Source of the DNA: Fonticula alba ATCC 38817
Lineage: Eukaryota; Protista; Nucleariida
Reading direction: 5' to 3' (one strand)
NCBI GenBank assembly: GCA_000388065.2
Contig: KB932204.1
Length of the DNA: 53,099 nucleotides
The position numbers and the translations under genes were made by a program. Shown here in pieces: positions 36,400 to 47,651 of this stretch. The notes under the pieces were generated by a model. That model was not told where the DNA came from, did not search any database, and saw only the letters and a program-made list of their open reading frames with translations. The stretch's first letter is position 1; every line of letters starts with the position of its first letter.

Positions 36400-39300
36400 T
36401 CATGGCCAGGTTAGGAAAGGGTGCAGGGGGTAGTCCAGGGCAACGGAAAGAGCAAGGCCAGGACCTACCGGGACGGCCGCATGGCTCCCCTGGACCGACC
36501 GCAGGAAGTAGGTGGTCATCGGGCCCTTGCCTTTGATGACAATGATGCCGCGCCGTTCGAAGGTGAAGAGGGGCGATGCCTGTTCAACCACTTGGCGGGT
36601 GACGTGGATCCGGCCAAAACGGCAGGTGGACTCCATGCGCGAGGCCACATTCACCGTGTCACCCCAAACGTCGTAGGCGAACTTGTCCGTGCCGATGACG
36701 CCGGCCACCACGGGACCCACTGCCTCGCCGGGCCGAGCAAGCAGGACATTGGGTGAGAATCGGGCTCGCCGGCCAGCTCGCAAAGACCCCCCCCCCCCCC
36801 TCCCCCGCCCCCCCTGGCAGGCCAGCAAGGTGCCGCACCGTTGAGGCCAATGCGAACCTGGAGATCCAGGCCAAAGTGCGCGCCAAAGGCGATCGTGAGG
36901 TTGTGCAGGTGGATCGACAGAAGAAGCATCCGAGAGAGCGGGTCGCGCAAGCTGTGCCGAGAGGCCCGGCTGGCACTTTTGTCCGCCGCCGCACGCCCCC
37001 GCGTTGTCACCGGCGCCACCGTGGAGGCCATTCGATTGGGAAAGTGAGGCGAGCTTCAGTCAGGGTGGTGCAAAGTCTGACATCGGTTTTGGCTTTCTCC
37101 CATGGGGCCTGGGCGTCTTTGTCCACCCAGTAGGCGGGCAATTTTCCTTCTTGGCAACAGCCCGCAGGCCCTTTTCTCCTCTCTTCACGCCTGGTCCGTC
37201 GCTTCTCTCTCCCTCTCCCTCTTTCTATCTTTCTCTCTCTCTCGCTCTCTCTCTCTCTTTCGCTCTCGCTCTCACGAACCCGTCCTCCCTCTTGGCCCTC
37301 CCTTGCTTGCTCATCGAGTCGCCTAGCCCTTCTGCCCTGACGCCAACCGCAGCAGCATGGGGGGGAGGGGGGGAGGGCGGGTGCGCTTCTTTTCTCCGCA
37401 CCTGTCCGAGCTCTCTGGCGCCGAGGTCGGCGGGGGGAAGGCCAGCGGCGCGCTGGCACCAGGGCCAGCGCGGAAGGACTCGGGCATGGCCCTCAAGCGC
37501 GGTTGCTGCTCCAGCGGGCCGCCCCCACCCGGGCCGGCTGGTTCACCCTCATCGCCGAAGAGACTGCTCCCACTACCCTCGGCCCATGGGTGGTCGGTCG
37601 TCAAGGAGGCCCCCACAAGGGGGACCTGATCGGCGGCCAGCAAATCGACCGGAGGCCGCCCTGCCATGGTGGCCGAAGCATACAGGCGATCTTGCAGGCG
37701 CTGCAGGAGGAGATCCTCCTCGGACGAGTCGACCCGGGGATCGTCCAGCATGTCGGCGCTGGTCAGGATGACCCACTCATCGGCCTTGGCGGGGGCCTTG
37801 GGCTCGGGGGTGAGGTCGCCGATGGCCAGCCCCCCCCCCAGGCCGCCGGCCTCCAGGTCGATGGACCCCTCGGCGGCATGTGTGTGGCCTGGCCCCGGGG
37901 CTGGTGACGGCGCCTTGGCCGGCCGGGCCCGGTGGGCGGCCAATGGGAAGGCCGGCGGCGAGCCGAAAGTGGCACAAGAGAAGGAGCAAAATTGCTGGGC
38001 CACCATCTTCTGGACATCCCGGCCAACCGTCCCGAGTGACGACCCGCTGGAGTAGATGTGCATCGGCAGCGGGGGGAAGGACCGGGGGAGGTGGAATTCC
38101 TCCGGCCCACCGGTGATGGCCAGCCAGATGGCCCCCCCGGACTTGATCTTCAGCACGCCATACCGAAGCATCACCTCGTCGAAGAGGGTGGCCAGCTCGC
38201 TGACCATGTCCAGCCACGTGCTGATGGGAACGTCGATCTCCGAGAAGTCTGCTCGGGTGGTCAGTCGATGGTCTTCGGTGGCGGCAGGAGGGTGGCCGCC
38301 GGGCAGCGCGGGGAGGCGCGGGGAGGCGGGGGGGGGGGGGGGGGGGACATGCGAGGGTATGCGAATCTGTGTCCACGTACTGGGGATGTTGAAAAACATG
38401 ACCGTTACGCTGTCAAAGGAATCGGCGATGCTCTGGAGGGAGGGATTCTCGCGCAAGCTATTTCCCGCCCCCGTCGGCCGGGAGACGCAGTGTCAGCAGG
38501 AGCATCGCCCAGAATCGGGGGTGAGGAGTGCCGGGACGCCAGCAGGGGAGGCGAGGCGGCCGCGGCGGCGGAGGCCGGCGATGGGTTGCGCACCGTGTAA
38601 GGACCACATCCGGCAGGAGGGCCCGAAGGAGGGTTTCAGACTGGTCGCGGACGGCCTCCACCTCTTCGATCTTCCGGCGGACGCTTTTCCGGATCCACCA
38701 CTGCTTTCTGTGTGTTCACACCAAAGGGGGCGGAGGTGAGGAAAAGAATGCAACAACAACATCGGCCCCGCGAAGCACAGAGATCCCCCCCCCCCCCCTG
38801 AGCAGCAGGTCGAGCAAGCCGGGCGCATTGGCGTGTGTCGGGCGCCACGGGGCCACGCGAAGGGCCGAGCCGCGTCGAATGACGTACCGAATCCGGCGGT
38901 CCCGCTCCAAGTTCAAGACCCACACGAGGAAGAGTGCCAAAGTCGACAAGAGGCACTGGTGCAGGATGGCCGGGGCCGGGTGCTTCAACTTGAAAACCGC
39001 AATATAATAGACGATGATCAGGATGAAGCGAATGAACACGACTATGGTGGCGGCAATCTGGGCGCCCACATCGAGGGCCCAGGTAGAAGCGGGGAGGAAG
39101 CGTCAGTTCGGGTTCTCGGTGACGCGGCAGCAACAGGCGGGGTGGCCGTTTGTCGGCCGGCCGGTCGCCGGGCAAGTGACCGAAAGTAGGCACACGCCGG
39201 TGCCCCCCCCCCNNNNNNNNNNNNNNNNNNNNNNNNNCCCCCCCCCCCAAGCGGCAGGGACACGCACGGACATCAGCAGGCCATAGGAGTAGGAGTACAG

Positions 39301-42300
39301 AGTGAATCCCTGGAGAAGGATAAAGATGTTGGCCCCGATGTAGTTGGATGGGAAGGGGTGGTCTGCAAGGGGCAGGGGCCGTTGGCCCCACCGGAGGCGG
39401 TGCCTCGAGGGTCAGCACTGGCGGAACATCTTGCAGAGGGGGGGGGGGGGCGCGGGTGGGGCCGACGCCTGGTTCTCTCCTTGCAAGCCCACTCATCCCA
39501 CGGCCAGGGTGTCGTACCATGATGGCGCCCCCAGCCACCGTGGTACATGGCGAAGTCCAAAATGGAGGCCATATTCATCAGGACACAGGTCACCAGGGCG
39601 TAGATGTGGTCATCAAACCAGATGATTTGAAATCTGCACCCCGAGCGGGGGAGGGGGGCGGGGTGTCAGGGCGATCGGCCGACGGTGAGGACCATGCACC
39701 GAGGAGGGCATGGCGGGAGGGGCGGCTTAGGGGGTGGCGTGGCGCGAAAGCAAACACCACTGGGCGCACCGCTTCCGAAGGGAGATCACGAAGCCCCAGA
39801 CGGGGATTAGCCCGAGGGAGACCGCATGGATGACCAGCACCCAGACTGGGGCATTCTCGATGAGAATGGTGGCAATCTGGCATGCACACGGGCGCGCACG
39901 CGCATACACCAGCACCGGCGAGTCAGTGTCCGATGAAGGGCCAGCTCCCGGGAGAAAGAGAAGGCACCATGGGGGCCGCCAACGCACAAAGACAATCAGG
40001 GTGATGATCATCGACTCGACGATGGTCCGAGCGTGGTCGACGTCGGTCTTGACCATGCGCTCGGAGCGGAAGGCCCGCTCGTACTTCTTCGACCGGAAGA
40101 GCCCTTTTGCCGGCGATGCGGGGAGGAGGTCAGATCGGGGCCAATCAAAGTGAGCCTGGGCCGGGACGGGGCGAGGGCGCGAGGCGCGGGGGAGGCAGAA
40201 TGCAGGGCATACCGATGATATTCAGCCGGTTGCTCAGCTGCCGCATGATGAGGCTGCTGTTGATGTCGAGTGAGGTCTGAGGCGGCCAAGGGTCGACGGG
40301 TCAGTTTCAAGTGCGGATGGGGGGCGATCGCCTGGCGCGCCCCAGAGGGGGGGGGGGGGGCTCGACATTGCAACAGCCACACGCCGTGCCCCCCCTTCGG
40401 CCCGAGGCCGGGCCACCCTGCGTGACGGACCTTCAGCTTGGGGTTGCTGTTGAGCATGGACCCGACGGTCTTCGGGGGATTGATGTGTGACGGCAGGGGG
40501 AATGTCGGGCCGGGCTGGTGCGATGTGGCCACCTGGACCGGGAGCATGGGGACCGGCTTGGGCGGGGCCGAGCGAAAGATCTGGCGGATGATGCGCAGCC
40601 TGTCCACCGGATGGTGAGGCGAGAGAAATTCCTCGGCCTGGGCAAGGAGACGCCCTCGAAGCCGGGGGTGATGTCAGTGATGGGGCGGCAAACGCGGAGG
40701 CAGTCGGGCTTTGTCCCCTCCAGGCAGGCGACCGAGGGGGCCACCATCAGAGGGGACGCCCCTCCCCGGCCGGACCAATGCTCCGAAGCATCAGCCGACC
40801 CCACCCCGGGGGTGACACGTACGGTCGGAGGGGAGGGCGGCCTCGGTGGGGAGTGGGGCCGGTCGGCCGGGGGCAAGATGGCCGTGGCCAGGACCGGGCC
40901 CCCGGTTGCCAGCGATGCCAGACCTCCGGGCACCATCTTCGTGGGCGAGCAGGTCCTTCCTCCGAGGATACACCCCTCCGGTGGGCAATATTGGTGATAG
41001 GACACTTTGGAACACTGGTCCCGCGCAGCGACAGGCATGCTGAAAGTCCGCTCCAGACGCGGCCCCTGGCTTCCGAAGATGAAGTCCCCCTTGGCCGGGG
41101 ACACCTGGCCGCCGCTGAATCCCGAGAGGCCGGTGAGATTGATGCTGGTCCCGGCGGCACCGGCGGCAGCACCGGGGCCGGTCAACTCCCGAGTGGCCGA
41201 GCTGCTTAGCAGATTGGAGCTGCCCTGGGCCACGAGGTCGCCCAGGGAATAGCCGGAGGTGATCCAATTGTTTTGGCTCGCCCGGTGGACGAGGTCCTGG
41301 GAGTTCGCCGGGCGCTGAGGCAGGGTGTGCTGCGAGCTGGCCCGATCGTGATACTGCTGGAGCTGGAGCGAATGGCGCAAGGCAAAGTGCATGGCCGTGA
41401 ATTTGGCCACCATCCGAGCGCATTCGCCATCGGGAATGTCCCCGGGCTGCGGGGGGCCCAGCCGGGCGGATTGGGCTTCGGTGCTGGGAGACTGCGGGGC
41501 AGCAGATTGCCACGGCCAGGAGGCCCATGCCCGGGGCCGGGCAGGGGAATACCCGACATGGGAAAGACCGGTGTCACGGGCGNNNNNNNNNNNNNNNNNN
41601 NNNNNNNNNNNNNNNNNNNNNNNNNNNNNNNNNNNNNNNNNNCGCGCAGAATAGGGGGGGGCGGCGGCGGCAGGCATGCAAGGGGCCAGGGGCGATGCAG
41701 GGAGGCCGATGGCCAGCCGGCGTTTGCCATGCATGGCATGGCGGGTTCCGGGCAATAGGACACACATGTATGAGTACACCTGCGACGGGGGGGGGGGGCG
41801 GTTTACCCTGACAAGGCACGCTCTCGTGGTGGCGCCCCTGGCGGGACGCGCTGGGGGGGCCAGCCGGGCGGGGGCGGGGAAGAAAAAAACGAGAAGAAGC
41901 AAAAGACCTGGGGGAGCCAGGGAGACCTCTCGCACCGAGGGAGGGGGCATGGCCAGACTTTGCTCACTCTGAATGGGCTGATAGCCATGGGTCAAGGGGT
42001 CCTGCTCCAGCGACGCCGAGCCACCCTGCAGGGGCAGGGACTGGGCCAGTTCGCGGAGGGGGAAGTTCCCCTTGTTGATTTTCATCATGCTGCTGTCCAT
42101 GCGCGAGGCAAAGGCGGTGGAAGTCCCCTCGCTGGTGCCGCTGGTGCCACTGGGAACGTCCGCCCTCTCGGCCTCCTCCATGTCCAGGGTCAGGGAGGAG
42201 CTGGTCATGCCGACGCTGAAGCCCGATGAGATGGACCCCTCGGAGCCGGAGGAGGAATAATAGTCATCCAGGTGCGTGTGGCTGCAGGGTCGGCAAGAGA

Positions 42301-43307
42301 GCGGCCATCGGGGCAAGAGGTCGGGCCCGGGCAAGGGCACACATTGTCGATGGGTCAGGCGTCGGGCGCCATGCAGGGCGGAAGCCCGCGACCAGAGCAG
42401 GCGCGAGGCAGGGGCGAGGGGGCAATCGAGGCACAAAAGGCGGGGGGGGGGGGGGGGGGGGGGGGGAGAGAGAGAGACCACAGCCGAGGGAAGACCAGTC
42501 CGATGGAGAAGTTCCACCGTGTGCAGCAGCGCAGCCACCGAGGGCGAACTGGTCACCAGGCGCCGGGGGGGGGGGGAGGGAGGGAGGGAGGAGGCCACCG
42601 GCGTCTCGTACTCGTGCGATGGTGCGCGCCGCAGGGACAGACGCCTGTGGGGGGGCTTTTCCGCCGGGCCGCCAGTGTCAGGATCCATGGCCGTTGCATG
42701 GGCAGCGCCGCCGCCGGCCGGGCGGTGGTCGATGCGCGGAGGGGCCCCCGGGGCCCGAGGGGGCTCGCCCACCACCCGGGGAGAGGATTGCGCACGGCGT
42801 TCCTGCACTCGGGTGCGGATCTTGCGCACGACCCAGTGAATGGGCCCCGGGGCCACGGGAACACGCTCGGACACCCGAGCGGCTTGCTGGCCTGCGAGGT
42901 TGGCCGACGCAAAGGCCGAAGAGGCCAGAGACATGATGTCACCCAGGGCCACCTGGGCGCGAGCATCGGCGATGATGGCCTGGATGACTCGCGAAAGGGG
43001 GAACTGCGCTTGCCCGGTGGCCGGATGGCGCGGCCCGGTGTCGCGAAGGTCCAACAAGGACATGGTGTTGAGGGTGGTGCCGTTCTTGTCGATCAGCAGC
43101 GGAGGGATGGACGCCGGCTCGATGAGGAAATCCTCCACCTGGCAGCCGAGGGCCAGGAAGGTGGTCATGGAAATGTGCGGCTTGTCGAGGGAGCCGCTCT
43201 GCTCGACGGCCGCGGCGATTTCCACGTCCTTGGAGAAGAGATCTGGCAGGAGCCAGCGCGACAGGGCGCCACCCGGCATGGGTGTGGTTGGGAGAGATGC
43301 AGCGGGG

Positions 43308-43353
<46 letters not shown>

Positions 43354-46038
43354 CAGGGAGAGCATGTCAGCGTCTGGATGTGTGCTGGCGCGGCGAGGCG
43401 CGGATGAGGGGAGAGGGGCAAAGAGGCAGCCGAGGGCCGCCCCGAGCCCGGCATCCCGGAGGCCCAGGCCCCGAGGGCGCGCACCGTAGCGCATGTTGCG
43501 CGAGCCAATCACCCCGGCGGCCATGGTGCCGGTGTGGATGCCGATGCGTATGCGAAGCGGCTTGGCATTGGTGAACATGGCACACCGCCGGCAGCTGGAG
43601 GTCTCGCTGGGCAGGGCCCCTGGCGCGCCGGTTCCCAGCGCCGGGGGGGATGCACTGCCGGCCGAGTCCTGCGAGGCGGTCCCCAATTCACAGGCGGTCC
43701 GTCGGGCTGTGGATTGAGACCGGCGATGGCACACCGGGCACCGGCCCTCGGCCGCCGGGCTGTCTCGCGCCCGGGCCGAGAGAGACCCATCCGGGTTGCG
43801 CATGAAGTTGGCTTGGCCGAACTCCTGCACCGAGTCGCGCATGGCCAAGCTCAAGAGGCAAATCCGCACGGCGTGATCGGGATCGGGGCTCGGGGCCCCG
43901 GAGCAGGCTACATAGCAGTCGCCGAGGGTCTTGAGCTTCTCCACGCGGTAGGCATGGGCCAGGGTGTCGAAGCAGAGGAACACCGCATTCAGGGTCATGA
44001 CCAGCTCCTCGGCCGAGATGCACGAACTGAAGGATGTGAAACCGGCGATGTCCCCAAACAGCAGGGTGACATTCTTGAGATTCTGCGGCCGCTGCGGGGT
44101 GATGTGGTCGAAGGACTTGGACCGCAGGCGCAGATCCTGCTTCATCTTTTGCACCACGCTGCGGCGCGGCCATTTCCGGGGCGGCGAGGGGAGGGCCGCA
44201 TGTTGCAAGGGGCGACCGGCGGGGTGAGTGACAGGAAGAATCCCCAACCAAATGCCCCCCCATGTCCGGCGGACAGGGGCGGCCTCCCGGGGGCCCGGGG
44301 AGGAGGGACCCCCGGGCGCCCGGCAAAATGCCCCCCCCCCCCCCCCCCCCAGAGGCCAGACATACCTGATGGGCATGACCGAGCGGATGATCAGACTGGA
44401 CACCCGCTGGGCATCCTGCATGATGAGCCGGCTCCGGAAGAGGGCGCGCGTCTGGAGGAAGAAGATGCGCGACTCGTACTCTCGGCGCATCGCAATCAGG
44501 GTATTGATCAATAGCGATGCCCCATACAGCAGGAGGCTGGTGACATTGTGCCGGGAGCGCAGGTTGTCCCGAATGCTGTTCCAGTTGATGCAGTAGGCCA
44601 CCAGGGACACGGCCCAATGGATGGCGATGATGACCACCGACAGCGACAGGCCGTAGATGATTTCCAGGCGGGATGTGGCCACAATGATGGTCAAGAAGAG
44701 CAGGATGCGCTGACTGATGACGGCATTCGAGTAGAAGGGCACCTGGGCATTCGAGCCGGCCGGCAGAGGGGGAGGGGGGGGGGGGTGTAGGGACAGCAGG
44801 GGTGAGTGACTCGGCGAATGGTGTCGAAGTTCGCCACGGGATCAGGCCGGCAAATGGGGCAAGCAACAGGACATGGGGGAGCTCGGCGCACGGTCGAAAT
44901 GAAGATCGCCGAGGTGAAGATGAAAACCGTGATGGCCAGGATGGTGAAGAAGAAGAGTTTGATCCACTCGAGATTGCGCTCCGCCCAGAGCGGGCTGCCG
45001 GGACGTGTGCGCGCATACAGCAACCTGTCAGTGTGCGAGGCGTGGATGTCTGTGTGTGCGTGTGCGTGTGCGTGTGGATGAATGTCCGCCGAGGGCAAAG
45101 GTAGCGGATGGCCAAAGGTGTCGGAAGCAGGGGAGGCGCGCAAGGGGGGAGAACGCACAATTCCGTGATGACAATGACCGACAGGAAGTGGATGAGGCCT
45201 ATGCTGGCATACACCACGGCGACAATGCCGGAGAAGCATTCCCGCGAAACGCTGAACGGCTTGCAATCGTCGAAGATGAAAAAGAGCAGGGCTTGCAGGA
45301 TGCTTGCGGCCATGCTCATCAGGAGGATGTTGACCAGGGTGCTTCGGTCCTGCGGGCGAGATGCGCCCCGGCGACCGGGGCAGAGGTGGGTCAGGGATGT
45401 GCTTGCCAGGCGGGGTGATCGGTCGGGGGGGCCAGGGGGCTGCGGCGGCGGAGAGTGGGCGTACATGGGCCCGAAAGAACTTGTAGTAGCTCCGCTCCAG
45501 GTCGCGATCCTTGAAGCGCAAGAAGATATCGCACTCGACGCTGGCATCCACATCGGAGCTGTGGAAAAGCCGAAGGAAGGGCTGGTGCACATCGCGCACG
45601 CAATCGCCAATCAGACGGATTAACTTCCAAAAATACAGCTGGACGTCTGCCATGGGCCGGATACAAAGCCAGAGGGTCAGTCAAGGGCGGCAGAGGCAGG
45701 CCCGGCCAGGCACACCGCACGGCGGCACGACACCACGCACGCAGCACGAAGAGCGACTTGTAGTGGACCTTGGCCGGCTTCGGGCGGCGTCCAAGATGGC
45801 TTCGGGGCCGGCCAGTGCCGGCGGCTGAGGGGGGACCGGGCGAGGGGGGGGCGGTCAGGGGCCTCTGCGTGTCGGGCAACGGCAGATCGCTGCCCCGGGG
45901 ACCGGGGCTGCCCGGGGGCACAGGGCCTCGCCTGCCGCCGCCGGCCCCGCTGAAGCCATCGCCACCGCGGCCGTTTCCGCCGCCGCCGGCGCCGGCACCG
46001 CCGCCAGGGTCATGGCGGGCGGGAGGCTGATCAGACAT
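36400..46038 (-). CDS. ADCY: Transmembrane class III adenylyl cyclase with two TM clusters and two cyclase domains (TM-C1-TM-C2)
   Basis: N-terminal FKDRDLERSYY is followed by hydrophobic exons. C1 reads VTLLFGDIAGFT...VEKLKTLGDCY...RIGIHTG...RY|DLFSKDV. A second hydrophobic block lies at about 38850-40060. C2 reads VTVMFFNIP...VLKIKSGG...RIGLN|VGPVVAGVIGTDKFAYDVWGDTVNVASRMEST...KGKGPMTTYFL. The start at 46038 is joined through a GTGCGT intron (45740-45647). The 3' end is uncertain, and an extra exon may extend it to about 35945 or 35707. Confidence 0.93.
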
Positions 46039-47651
46039 GCTGCCCTGCCATGATCACCAGTGGGCTGAAGTCCGGAAGGGGCGTAGAAAAGTTCGAGCGC
46101 GGCGAGTCTCCCGGGCGAGGGAGCAAGAGGCGAGGGGAGGGGGAGCTATGCGCCAGTGCGTCCGTGTTTACTCGGTCGAGGGTACCGGTCAGCCGAGGGC
46201 CAGAGGAGCGGGCGCTTCGAATTCGGGCGATGGAAGTGAGGCCGCAATCGGCAGGGGTCACGGCAAAAGGAGGGCGAGGAAGATGCGCGGAGAAGGGCCG
46301 GGGGAGGGAGGGGGGGGGGGTCGTGTAGAGTGGTGCGGCTCGGCCCAGTGTGGGCCACCTGGCACAGGGGGTGCCCAAGAGGGGGGCCGGAGGCTGTGTA
46401 TTTGTCCCGGTCTGTCTGCGTGCGTGTGTGTGTGTGTGTGTGTAGATGCACCAGGAGAAGCGATCTAGAGGGCAGCCCTCAGCAAGGCGAGAGTCGGTGC
46501 AGAGGTAAACCATGCCCCCCCCCCTTGGGCACCCCCTGTTGCCCCCCGGGGGGAGGGGGACCGTCTCACTTTCCCGGAGTGTGTCCTGGCGCGATCTGCC
46601 ACACTCTCACGGGCTACCGATTGTGGGCCAAGTCGAGGAGGGACCGAAACCCTGTCCATGCCGGAGGAAGCATCATGCCCAGCTGGTATTAATATTTTGG
46701 TGCTTTTTTTACCGCTTCCAGCGTGCTCCCTCTGCCCCCCCCGAGGGGGCCAAGCAACGGGTCCCTTGGCTCCGCCACACGCCTCCAGCCCTCGGCCAGG
46801 GAGCCGGCCCGAAGAACGGAGGAAGTCCGAGCATGCCTTATTCGCTGGCGCATTCGCCAGATGCATCAGCAAACTGTTCGGAGACCCCCTGCCTGCTTGC
46901 TAACGCGGCCGCGCGTCCCCCCCCCCCCGCTCGCCCCCCGGGGCGCTGCTATTGCGCGACTACCAACCATTGTAGAGCCCCCGGGTTCGCCAAGGCCAGC
47001 AAACGCTTCTGCCAGTGTGGGGGCACCCGAACCCCGAGCCCCGGCGGGTGGTGACACCGGGACCCACGGCCCTCGGCCCGCCGGAGGCCAACCAAGCCCT
47101 CTTTAACTCAATCGGCCGAACATCGTGGCGAGGGCCTTACATCAACACCCGCGTGACCAGCCGCTCGTGGAGGACAATCACATGTATCCCATGCATTGGC
47201 AGATGGTCCTAGCCAGTTGCCGGTCTCCGGTCCGTGCCTCGGCGGGCTTTCGCCCCTTGTCTCGGTGTCTGCCCGCGGTGTATTTGGCGTCGGCGACCTT
47301 GAGCGGCAGCACCGCCCCGCTACCAAACACCGCCCGGGTGGGGTGGTTTTTTTTCTTCCACCTTCTTTCGGCCTTTCGCCAGGGGGGGAGGGAACCAAAG
47401 ACACTCCCTCTCCCCTTCCCTTCCCCCCCCTGGCCCGCCTGCACTTGCTCTTTCTCTTTCTCTCTTTCTCCCCCCGTTTTTTCCCCCTCTCCTTCTCCTT
47501 TGCGGCCCTCTTCTCCGCTCGTTTCCCCCTNNNNNNNNNNNNNNNNNNNNNNNNNNNNNNNNNNNNNNNNNNNNNNNNNNNNNNNNNNNNNNNNNNNNNN
47601 NNNNNNNNNNNNNNNNNNNNNNNNNNNNNNNNNNNNCCCCCCCCCGCCACC
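46039..47651. promoter_or_regulatory. Divergent intergenic region between adenylyl cyclase and SF3B4 (presumed promoters)
   Basis: This is a positional inference from the head-to-head start codons. No specific element was identified. A similar divergent region lies at 29632-31122. Confidence 0.4.

Noticed and set aside
45651-45653. MADVQ as the cyclase start codon
   Set aside because: This ATG falls within a 94-nt GTGCGT...GCAG intron that joins in phase to an upstream exon starting at 46038. It cannot be fully excluded as an alternative start.
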